This document shows positions 29,151 through 37,423 of a stretch of DNA of 54,083 nucleotides, piece by piece (position 1 is the first letter of the stretch; every line of letters starts with the position of its first letter). A program made the position numbers and the translations under genes. This DNA is from Planctomycetota bacterium. GTDB taxonomy: Bacteria > Planctomycetota > Planctomycetia > Planctomycetales > Planctomycetaceae. The notes under the pieces were generated by a model. The model saw nothing but the letters and a program-made list of their open reading frames with translations, did no database searches and was not told the DNA's origin. The DNA lies in contig QWOO01000029.1 in NCBI GenBank assembly GCA_003669615.1, positions 1-54,083 on the forward strand, read 5' to 3'.

Positions 29151-29666
29151 ATGGCCTCATTCAATAAAGTCATTCTCATGGGCAACCTGACCCGTGATCC
29201 GGAAGTCCGGTACACCACCGGTGGTTCAGCTGTGTGTGATATCACGCTGGCCGTGAACTATCAGTGGACAGACAAGCGTTCGAACGAACGTAAAGAAGAA
29301 GTGTCATTTATCGATGTGACCCTTTGGGGTCGAACGGCAGAGATTGCGGGCGAGTACCTTGCGAAGGGTCGACCGGTATTGATCGAAGGCCGTTTGCAGC
29401 AGGATAAATGGGACGATAAAGAAACAGGTCAGAAGCGATCCAAGCTGAAGGTCGTGGCGGACGCCATGCAACTTTTAGGTGGGCGAACCGAAGGTGGTGC
29501 GCCGGGAACTGCTGGAGGTGGAAATCCTCCGGCAAAAACTGGTGCCCCTCGTCCAGCGGCTTCGCCGTCGCGGGGAAATGACAGTTACGCTGACTCCGGA
29601 CGAACGCCGGACCAGTCGTTTTATGACGATATGCCTTCCAGTGGAGGCGACGACGTACCCTTTTAG
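29151..29666 (+). CDS. ssb: Single-stranded DNA-binding protein
   Basis: MASFNKVILMGNLTRDPEVRYTTGGSAV OB fold, Gly/Pro-rich linker and acidic tail GGDDVPF. Confidence 0.95.
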   Translation: MASFNKVILMGNLTRDPEVRYTTGGSAVCDITLAVNYQWTDKRSNERKEEVSFIDVTLWGRTAEIAGEYLAKGRPVLIEGRLQQDKWDDKETGQKRSKLKVVADAMQLLGGRTEGGAPGTAGGGNPPAKTGAPRPAASPSRGNDSYADSGRTPDQSFYDDMPSSGGDDVPF

Positions 29667-29769
29667 GGTGCGTCCTATATTACACAGTTTTCAGTTTGAT
29701 TGATCTGCTCTTCTGTCCCGTGGTGTCAGCGAACGCAGATCAGGAATGGTGCATAAGGAATCGGGTTCG

Positions 29770-30258
29770 ATGGCTCGTACAGCTCAACCAAGCTCACGCA
29801 ACGTGGAAGTGCTCCTTGTCCACGATGTTGATAAACTCGGCCAACGTGGCGAAATAGTAAAGGTAAAGCCGGGCTACGCCCGCAACTTCCTGTTGCCACA
29901 GGGCAAGGCCACGCCTGCGACTCAGCAGAACAAGCGGATGGTCGAAAAGCACAAGGAAAAACTTGCTGCGATCGAAGTCGGTCGCATGAAGCAATACCAG
30001 AGAATTGCCGACGCTGTCAGCAAGTACAGCGCGACAATCGAAGCGCATGCAACCTCCGACAACCATTTGTACGGTTCGGTTGTAGCTCGCGACATCAGCG
30101 AAGCTCTGAAGGCTGCCGGGCATCCGGTGGAAGCCGAGCACGTTCGCCTGGACGGTCCGATCAAGGAACTGGGCATGTACACCGTGAAACTGAAGTTCCA
30201 CGAGAAGGTCAATGCCGAAGTCAAAGTCTGGGTTGTGCCGTCCGCAACCAGCGGCTAG
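29770..30258 (+). CDS. rplI: 50S ribosomal protein L9
   Basis: VEVLLVHDVDKLGQRGEIVKVKPGYARNFLLPQGKA. Start chosen at 29770; the tracked start is 29746. Confidence 0.9.
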   Translation: MARTAQPSSRNVEVLLVHDVDKLGQRGEIVKVKPGYARNFLLPQGKATPATQQNKRMVEKHKEKLAAIEVGRMKQYQRIADAVSKYSATIEAHATSDNHLYGSVVARDISEALKAAGHPVEAEHVRLDGPIKELGMYTVKLKFHEKVNAEVKVWVVPSATSG

Positions 30259-30320
30259 GTCTCAAGCCGGCTATCGCAGTGCAGTGATTCAATTTTTCTG
30301 CACTGAGCAAACACACTGAA

Positions 30321-30350
30321 TCCTCAGGCATTTTTGCCTGAGGATTTTTT
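30321..30350 (+). terminator. Rho-independent terminator after rplI
   Basis: TCCTCAGGC attttt GCCTGAGGA followed by T6. A second hairpin precedes it (CAGTGCAG...CTGCACTG at about 30278-30306). Confidence 0.6.
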
Positions 30351-30478
30351 CTCGGATGAATCTCAGCAACCCGGCTTTCAACAGAGGCCGGGTTTCTGCA
30401 TCCACGGTCCTCGACATTCACTCCGTGAATCAGAACACGATTCCTGGCTTCGTCATTGTCCAAAGGGAGTCCCAACGC

Positions 30479-31828
30479 ATGGCAGATGATAAGCTGAGAC
30501 TTCCCCCGCAGAATCTGGATGCAGAGCGAGGTGTTCTCGGCAGTATTCTGCTGATGAATGAAGCCATCGACGAAGTTGGCGAAACGCTGAAGGCCGAGCA
30601 TTTTTACAGCGACGCTCATCAGAAAATGTACGCCGCCATTCAGCGGCTGTATGAAAACGGCGTGCGAGGTATCGACGCAATCACGCTGGCGGAAGAACTT
30701 GTCCGACGTGGAGATTTTGAAATCGTCGGCGGGGCCGCCTATCTGGGTGAAGTTCTGGAAGCTGTTCCCCACGCGGCTCACGTTCGCTACTACGCGACCA
30801 TTGTGCGTGAAAAATGGATGCAGCGCAGCCTGATCTACGCGTGCACCGAAATTCTGAGCGAGTGTTACGAAGCGGCCGAGGACGTTGAAGGACTGCTGCA
30901 GAGGGCCGAGCGTCGCGTCTTCAGCATCCTGGAAGAGCAGGGCACAGCCGCGAGTATCGCGATGAGCGACATCCTGATGGAAACCTTCAACCGCCTTGAT
31001 GAGCGATTGCAGAACGTCGGCGATGTGACCGGTATCACGACTGGATTCACGGATCTCGATCATCAGACCACAGGATTTCAGGCGACCGAACTGATTATTC
31101 TGGCCGCTCGTCCGAGTATGGGTAAAACCGCGCTCGTGTGTAACATGGCCGAAGCGATGGCGCGCAAATCCGGCAAGGGCATTTTACTGTTCAGTCTTGA
31201 ACAGTCCAATCTGGAACTGGCCGAACGATTTCTGGCCATCACCGCCCGCATCAACGGCCATGACCTGCGAGCCGGTAATCTGACAGAAGCCCAGCACGAT
31301 CTCCTCGTCCGAGCGTCCGATGATCTGGCCCGCCTGCCGTTGTTCATTGATGATAAGCCGGGCCGCACAATGACTCAGGTGGCCGCTTTGTCCCGACGAC
31401 TCCACCGCAAGGCGCCGCTTGGCTGCATCATCATTGACTACCTGCAGCTTATTGAGCCCGATGAAAAGAACGCTCCGCGTGAACAGCAGATTGCTCAGAT
31501 CTCACGTCGACTGAAGTTTCTGGCCAAGGAGCTGAAGGTCCCGGTCGTCGCGCTGGCTCAGTTGAATCGCGGAGTGGAGCTTCGCGAAGACAAGCGTCCT
31601 CGCCTTGCGGACCTGCGAGAGAGCGGAGCCATTGAGCAGGATGCCGACATGGTTATGTTTTTGCATCGACCCGACGCATACGACCCCGAGGATCGTCCGG
31701 GCGAAGCAGAGATCGTCGTCGCCAAACACCGCAGCGGTCCGACGGGCATCATTCGGTTAACCTGGCGCAAGGAATACATGCGATTTGAAAACTACAGCCC
31801 CATGGCCGAAAACGATTTCAACCTGTAG
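30479..31828 (+). CDS. dnaB: Replicative DNA helicase
   Basis: LPPQNLDAERGVLGSILL, Walker A ARPSMGKTA, IIIDYLQL and ALAQLNR. Start chosen at MADDKLRLPP (30479). Confidence 0.95.
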   Translation: MADDKLRLPPQNLDAERGVLGSILLMNEAIDEVGETLKAEHFYSDAHQKMYAAIQRLYENGVRGIDAITLAEELVRRGDFEIVGGAAYLGEVLEAVPHAAHVRYYATIVREKWMQRSLIYACTEILSECYEAAEDVEGLLQRAERRVFSILEEQGTAASIAMSDILMETFNRLDERLQNVGDVTGITTGFTDLDHQTTGFQATELIILAARPSMGKTALVCNMAEAMARKSGKGILLFSLEQSNLELAERFLAITARINGHDLRAGNLTEAQHDLLVRASDDLARLPLFIDDKPGRTMTQVAALSRRLHRKAPLGCIIIDYLQLIEPDEKNAPREQQIAQISRRLKFLAKELKVPVVALAQLNRGVELREDKRPRLADLRESGAIEQDADMVMFLHRPDAYDPEDRPGEAEIVVAKHRSGPTGIIRLTWRKEYMRFENYSPMAENDFNL

Positions 31829-31945
31829 CCCAGTCACGATTCAGATCTACATCCGCCATACAGTCGGCGATCACCAGTTCATCCAGCAAATCATCCTGAA
31901 AGACTGGCTGCTGGAATCCCGTCCCGCCTGACAGAAGAAACATGC

Positions 31946-32839
31946 ATGGATGAAATTGTTTATTACGATCGCTACCGCCGAACAACGTGCGTCGAAAAAG
32001 TCTACGGCGACAAGGCGTTACGCTGGACTTACGGAACGTTGGCTGGCCGAATTTCATTGAATCTTCTGGTCAAACGAGCCCTGTTCTCGCACTGGTACGG
32101 CTGGAACATGGACCGGCCCGCCACGCGGCAGAAGATTGCACCGTTCATCAAAGAATATGAGCTGGACGCTTCGGAGTTCGTCTGCGACGTCGATGACTTT
32201 GCAAACTTCAATGAGTTCTTCTCTCGCAGGCTGCGCCCGGAAGCTCGGCCCATCGACCCGGACAGCAATTCGGTCGTATTTCCGGCCGACGGTCGCCACC
32301 TCTGTGTGCCCGATCTTTCACGATGCGACGGACTCTTTGTGAAAGGCGAAATGTTTGACCTGAAGACACTGTTAGAAAACAATGTGCTTGCAGAACAATA
32401 TTCCGAAGGCAGTCTGCTGCTGTCGCGATTATGTCCGGTGGACTACCATCGCTTTCACTTCCCGGCCGCTGGCGTCCCATGTTCGGCGCGGTTGATCAAT
32501 GGTCCGTTGTATTCCGTAAATCCCCTTGCGCTATGTCAGAACATCAGCATCCTCGCAACAAACAAACGGTGCATCACGGAACTGCAAACGGAATCGTTCG
32601 GCAAAATTCTGTTGCTGGAAATCGGTGCCACCTGTGTCGGAAGCATCCGACAAACTTATGTTCCGGGAACCCCAGTTTCAAAGGGTGGCGAAAAAGGATA
32701 TTTTCGCTTTGGTGGATCCTCAACGATCACGATTTTTGAACCCGGACGAATTCGCTTTGATCAGGACCTGATTGACAATTCAGAGCAGTATCGGGAACTC
32801 TATGCTCGCGTCGGAGACCATCTGGGGACACGGTTGTAG
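31946..32839 (+). CDS. psd: Phosphatidylserine decarboxylase proenzyme
   Basis: RLCPVDYHRFHFP, and GYFRFGGSSTI containing the G-S self-cleavage site. Confidence 0.9.
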   Translation: MDEIVYYDRYRRTTCVEKVYGDKALRWTYGTLAGRISLNLLVKRALFSHWYGWNMDRPATRQKIAPFIKEYELDASEFVCDVDDFANFNEFFSRRLRPEARPIDPDSNSVVFPADGRHLCVPDLSRCDGLFVKGEMFDLKTLLENNVLAEQYSEGSLLLSRLCPVDYHRFHFPAAGVPCSARLINGPLYSVNPLALCQNISILATNKRCITELQTESFGKILLLEIGATCVGSIRQTYVPGTPVSKGGEKGYFRFGGSSTITIFEPGRIRFDQDLIDNSEQYRELYARVGDHLGTRL

Positions 32840-32844
32840 ATGTA

Positions 32845-33277
32845 GTTTCGTGCGTCGGCGAATTCGTGAGACAGTGAAAGAGTGCATTTGACACCGACTC
32901 CGCACAGTCGCCAGCTTCTGCTTGTCGTTTCGGATCGAATTGATCTCAAACTCCGATGGCTCCAGCGGGCGACGCTTCTGATCCCGCCGCTCCGGACACA
33001 GCATCAGCCACCGACGGAGCCACCTCATTATCGTTCCATTCCTCCACTACATCCGGCCGAGATCTTAACAGCAGATGCAGGTGGTTGGACATGATCGCCT
33101 GGCAGAGCAAATCAATCCGAAGTGCTTCGCCCGATGAATAAGCTTTTCATAGATCCAGACTTTGCGATGGTCATAGTTCTTCCCGGTGACGGCATCAGTC
33201 CTCAGCAAAAAACAACGTCGCACAGTCCTGTTCATGACGTGGACAAACGCAGTCTCAACCCGAGCCAACCGAGCCAT
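32845..33277 (-). pseudogene. Decayed, 3'-truncated paralogue of the RAYT-like Y1 transposase
   Basis: The pieces lie in three frames: MARLARV..VHVMNRTVRR...TGKNYDHRKVWIYEKLIHRAKHFG / DLLCQAIMSNHLHLLLRSRPDVVEEWNDNEVA / RRWLMLCPERRDQKRRPLEPSEFEINSIRND. They align with residues of the 1-945 ORF (HRKEWIRERL..DILSFAVLSNHLHVVVRTRPDIV..WSDDEVALRWWRLFPQRR...PTEFDLNAIRND). Homology stops where psd ends. Confidence 0.65.
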
Positions 33278-33424
33278 GATTCACCTTGCCGGAAATCTCC
33301 GGAAGTACTTACGGTGTAGAAAAAATACTCTAAGGTGTCTCCAGCCAGTAAAGTGCTGTGTCCTGGTCAGCCCGTGAGCCGAATCGACGTCGCTCCTTCG
33401 GAGCTTTGCGTTTGTGTGCGATCA

Positions 33425-33453
33425 GATTCCTCGGGCTGAAGCCCGAGGCAATC
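33425..33453. repeat. GC-rich extragenic hairpin (REP-like), adjacent to the transposase remnant
   Basis: GATT-CCTCGGGC-tgaa-GCCCGAGG-cAATC: an 8-bp perfect stem (33429-33436 / 33441-33448) extendable to about 12 bp. Further small hairpins and TCGCAGCGGC direct repeats occupy 33390-33570. Confidence 0.4.
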
Positions 33454-33592
33454 AGTACGCGGTTGCTCCGCAGCCAATCGCAGCGGCAATCATGGCCGAA
33501 TTAGCAATCATTAAGTTTTACAGCACCCGAACCCACCTGGCACGTCTGCGATTCGCAGCGGCGTAGTGATAGTCTGTGACTTCAGCCACACG

Positions 33593-34555
33593 TCACGATT
33601 TGCGAAGCTTCCCGGCATCTTTCAGCAGCATCCCTATCACTTCTGCGCTGCTGTGTTGAAACTGAAAGCCGGTTTCTGCGGTGAGCCGAGCCGGTGACAC
33701 GACCCATGGATAACGGATAAAATTCCACAGCGGGGCCGGGAACAGAAAGATCGGAAGCCGCAGAGCCCACCAGCAGGTGGTGACGGCTCGGCAGAGTCCA
33801 AAGGGAACGGGAAGGGCGAGGCGGCCGCTCATTTTGGCCAGGTCTTTCATCGTGATCCAGTCGGTTGGAGCCACGTTGAACGGGCCGCGGGCGCCCGCTC
33901 GCAGAATGGCGATCGATGCATCGGCGACGTCGTCCAGGTGCACAAACTGCATGGCCGGATTATCACCGCCCGGCAGTGTCAGGATCGGCGGAACCGTGAA
34001 CAGCGGTGTCATAAAGTTTGACATCCCTGGGCCATAGATGATGCAGGGGCGAGTCCAGCTGACAGTGATCTCGGGATGAGCCGCTGCGAAATCACTCAGC
34101 AGGTTTTCGACGTCTACCTTATCACTGGCATAGCGATAATCGGTGCGAGCTCTCAGAGGCTGATCTTCCGTCATCGGGACCGGATTATCAGGCCACGCGC
34201 CGTAGGACGTTGCACTGGATGCCACAAAGACGCGTGCTGGTTTCACAGCGCTGGCTGCCGCCAGTAAATTTCGACTGCCTTCCACGTTGATCTGATGCAT
34301 GCGGTTTTCGTCCCGCATGGGATTCACAACAAACGCCAGATGCAGAATTGTGTCAGGCTGAAACGAGACGACGTGCTCTCGCACTTTGGGACTGGTGATA
34401 TCACACACTTCGAAAGTGTCGGGTGCGTCCGTCTTCGGTGCGACAACATCGAGCCCCAGAATCTGCGCGGCGGGCCATTCCTTCCGAATCGCTCCAAGGA
34501 GAGCTCGGCCATAGAAGCCCGAACTGCCGGTGATCAGAATTCGTTGAGGATTCAT
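33593..34555 (-). CDS. NAD-dependent epimerase/dehydratase (extended SDR)
   Basis: ILITGSSGFYGRAL glycine-rich NAD motif and SDR-like length and pattern. Confidence 0.85.
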   Translation of the reverse strand: MNPQRILITGSSGFYGRALLGAIRKEWPAAQILGLDVVAPKTDAPDTFEVCDITSPKVREHVVSFQPDTILHLAFVVNPMRDENRMHQINVEGSRNLLAAASAVKPARVFVASSATSYGAWPDNPVPMTEDQPLRARTDYRYASDKVDVENLLSDFAAAHPEITVSWTRPCIIYGPGMSNFMTPLFTVPPILTLPGGDNPAMQFVHLDDVADASIAILRAGARGPFNVAPTDWITMKDLAKMSGRLALPVPFGLCRAVTTCWWALRLPIFLFPAPLWNFIRYPWVVSPARLTAETGFQFQHSSAEVIGMLLKDAGKLRKS

Positions 34556-34667
34556 AGGAGATCTGCCCTGTGTGAGTTGTGCCCTCGGCAGTCGCTCACA
34601 GAGTTCCTTCGGATGTGACTGTGATTAATTTGTCACGGAGTGATCAGTCTTCAGTGAGATGCTTGTT

Positions 34668-35657
34668 TCAGTTTCGGCCGGTCAGACGCCTGATCACAAC
34701 AGATGCCGCCGCCATTGCGAAGGCGGCCGTCATGAACGTAGCAGTGCCATAGATGACACGCCGCTTTTCGCAGGCGTGGGGTGAGTCGGCTCGATGCGGG
34801 CAAATGCATTGAAAGCCCTTGTCCAGATCCCACTCGGGAACTTCCGGCTGGCGAACTTCTTCTTCGGAAAACACGACCGACAGCCCCGTTTCCCCGTCGG
34901 CACCGTAACCGCGTTTCGCCAGTTCCTTGCGAAGAACGCGGGCCAGCGGATCCACTTTAGTGCGGCTGAGATCGTCGACGCGGATTTGAGTGGGATCAAG
35001 GCGAGCGCCGGCTCCGGTAATGCTGATCACCGGGATGCCCAGTTTCAGGCAGGTCTCCAGGAGCAGCACTTTGGAAGTCACATTATCGATGGCATCGACA
35101 ACAAAATCGGGACGCGGTGTCAGCAACGCGTCTGAAGTGGAAGCTTCATAAAAGGCCTGAACTGGGTCGACCCAGGCTTCCGGATGAATCGCTCGCACGC
35201 GTTCGGCCAGAAGCAGAGCTTTCGATTGACCCACGGTAGCGGGAAACGCCTGCAGTTGGCGATTGACGTTGGTAATGCAGACATCGTCGAAGTCAACGAG
35301 AGTCAATCGTCCCACGGCCGAACGGGCCAGAGCTTCTGCCACATAACTTCCGACTCCGCCGAGCCCGAAAATCGTGACATGAGAACCGAGCAGCGTGCGG
35401 ACCTGATCGTTGCCGACAAGGCGTACAAATCGATCCCAGCGACGATGGATTCGATCGGGTGCTGGCGGCAGTTCATCGCGGGTCGGTCGATTGCTGAGTC
35501 CTTCGGTGGCTTCCCATGCTTTGACGCGAGTTTGCCGTGGCAGCGACGCCTCGATTTCCGGGATCGCGGAGCCAGACGTCGAATCGCAGGCGTCGTCGTG
35601 GCAGCCCGCGTCTTCTGAGCATTCTCCGTGGGAATGGCATGCATCTACTTCAGGCAT
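34668..35657 (-). CDS. tcdA: tRNA threonylcarbamoyladenosine dehydratase (ThiF/MoeB-family, TcdA/CsdL-like) with a Cys/His-rich N-terminal extension
   Basis: VTIFGLGGVGSYVAEALARSAVGRLTLVDFDDVCITNVNRQ. N-terminal extension: MPEVDACHSHGECSEDAGCHDDACD. Confidence 0.85.
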   Translation of the reverse strand: MPEVDACHSHGECSEDAGCHDDACDSTSGSAIPEIEASLPRQTRVKAWEATEGLSNRPTRDELPPAPDRIHRRWDRFVRLVGNDQVRTLLGSHVTIFGLGGVGSYVAEALARSAVGRLTLVDFDDVCITNVNRQLQAFPATVGQSKALLLAERVRAIHPEAWVDPVQAFYEASTSDALLTPRPDFVVDAIDNVTSKVLLLETCLKLGIPVISITGAGARLDPTQIRVDDLSRTKVDPLARVLRKELAKRGYGADGETGLSVVFSEEEVRQPEVPEWDLDKGFQCICPHRADSPHACEKRRVIYGTATFMTAAFAMAAASVVIRRLTGRN

Positions 35658-36151
35658 TGTGGCGGAAACAGAAGTTTCGTCAGATGGAACAGTCAGGGGA
35701 ATTTCTCCAGCAATGCAATTTGGCGCGGGTCCGCTTTGTGAGTATCGGCGGATTGTACCCAGCGACGAAAAGGAGTCACAGGATTAAGCGTTCAGATTCG
35801 GGACCGCGGAAAACCGAGGGCGGCAGGGTTGAGGATTTATTCGTTTCGTAGGGTGTGACAAGCGAGCTTCGCGATCGCCGGCACACCGAGGGCGATTTGT
35901 CGAAAGCAATTTTGTCTTCGAACGAGATGCCCTTGGGGTTTGGGCCTCGTTGTACCATGCACTATTTTTTTACGACCCCATGAGCTCGGCTCATGCCAGG
36001 CAAGCTGGCGTGGGGCCACTGCTCAAAAAAGATGTGTGTTACAACGAGGCATTTGTGCGGGCCACGATTGCAGAGCGACGACTTTTCCACCACCCTGTGG
36101 CATCGGAATTCGGACAAGTGAAGAAAACGATTTGCTGCAAAGAATGGTGAG

Positions 36152-37138
36152 ATGTTCAATACGTTCCAACTCGCATGTTTCCGCCGTCAGTTGGTAGTGA
36201 TTGCCAGCGTGGGTGTTGTACTTCTGAATTCTGTTGTGGCGGTGTCTCAGGATGCGAAGTCGGAGAAAAACACCGAGCCTGCTACGGCCGCTCGGTCGTT
36301 GATCATTCATTCCGATGACGCGGGGATGAGCCATTCCGTAAACCGCGCAACGATTGACGCGATGGAAAAGGGTTTCGTTTCTTCGTGCAGCATTATGGTT
36401 CCCTGTCCGTGGTTTCCGGAGTTTGCCGAGTGGGCCAGTCAGCATCCGGAAAAAGATTTTGGAATTCACCTGACTCTGAATTCCGAATTTGGTTCCTACC
36501 GGTGGGGGCCAGTCGCCGGGCGCGACAAAGTGCCAACGCTCGTCGACAAGGATGGGTACCTGCATCGATCAAAAGAAGAAGTGCAGGCGAAGGCACGTCC
36601 AGCGGAGGTTGAGATCGAATTGCGAGCTCAGATTGATCGAGCTCTGCAGGCCGGAATTAAGCTCAGTCACCTGGACACTCACATGGGCACTGTTTTGTCA
36701 ACGGGTGACATGCTCGAAATCTACGTGCGACTGGGGCTGGAGTACAATCTGCCCGTGATGATCATAAGGCACATCGATCCCGCGCTGGCCGCCGGCTATC
36801 CTGACCTTTTGAAAATGAACGGCCGGTATAGTGAAACGCTGGAAGCGAAGGGATTGCCGCCGATCGATTACCTGTTTCAGTTTTATGAGGGCAAAGATCA
36901 CGTGGCTCGACAGCAGCGATACCTCGAGACGTTTCGTGATCTGAAGCCAGGGGTGACGCAGATGATCATTCACTGCGGCTACGATGATGCCGAACTTCAG
37001 GCCATCACTGGCAGCCATTTTCTACGAGGCGATGACACTCGGATCTTCATGGACGCTGAGGTGAAGAAGCAGATCAATGAGATGGGGATTGAGATTATTT
37101 CATGGACGCAGCTGAGAGAAGGAGCGACTCGGCCGTAG
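36152..37138 (+). CDS. YdjC/ChbG-family carbohydrate deacetylase-like protein with a signal peptide
   Basis: LIIHSDDAGMSHSVNRATIDAMEKGFVSSCSIMV and LSHLDTHMG. The N-terminal hydrophobic leader ends in VAVSQDA. Confidence 0.8.
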   Translation: MFNTFQLACFRRQLVVIASVGVVLLNSVVAVSQDAKSEKNTEPATAARSLIIHSDDAGMSHSVNRATIDAMEKGFVSSCSIMVPCPWFPEFAEWASQHPEKDFGIHLTLNSEFGSYRWGPVAGRDKVPTLVDKDGYLHRSKEEVQAKARPAEVEIELRAQIDRALQAGIKLSHLDTHMGTVLSTGDMLEIYVRLGLEYNLPVMIIRHIDPALAAGYPDLLKMNGRYSETLEAKGLPPIDYLFQFYEGKDHVARQQRYLETFRDLKPGVTQMIIHCGYDDAELQAITGSHFLRGDDTRIFMDAEVKKQINEMGIEIISWTQLREGATRP

Positions 37139-37423
37139 GGAAAACGGGTATCGTCCAGTCAACCTGCCAGGCAACATGATGGGATAGCAAATAGGGTGCT
37201 GCAGAAATTCAACAACGCCGATTTGCCTGCGTTTTGGGCGTTGGGATGGTGGTCAGAGGTACTGCTAAGGCCCTGATCGTGGTCGGCAAATTCGCGGAAA
37301 CAAGGTTCAGGACCGGTTTGCGCGTGACAAAGAAGCCGATAATTTGTTAGTTTGCAAAGCCCCGTTGACGATCTTCCCGCCGATTTCCGCCGATCTTCCT
37401 TCCTCTGAAAGCTGAGCAACGCC

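Noticed and set aside
29760-29775. GGGTTCGATGG resembling a tRNA T-arm
   Set aside because: No acceptor or anticodon stems can be drawn around it, and it lies in the rplI start region. No other T-loop-like GGTTCGAAT motif with cloverleaf context was seen in the window.
35976-36015. Two adjacent small hairpins (CATGAGC-tcg-GCTCATG and GCCAG-gcaag-CTGGC) enclosed by CCCC/GGGG, in the tcdA / YdjC-like divergent region
   Set aside because: The stems are short, there is no terminator context on either strand, and I know no matching riboswitch consensus. This cannot be distinguished from chance structure without comparative data.
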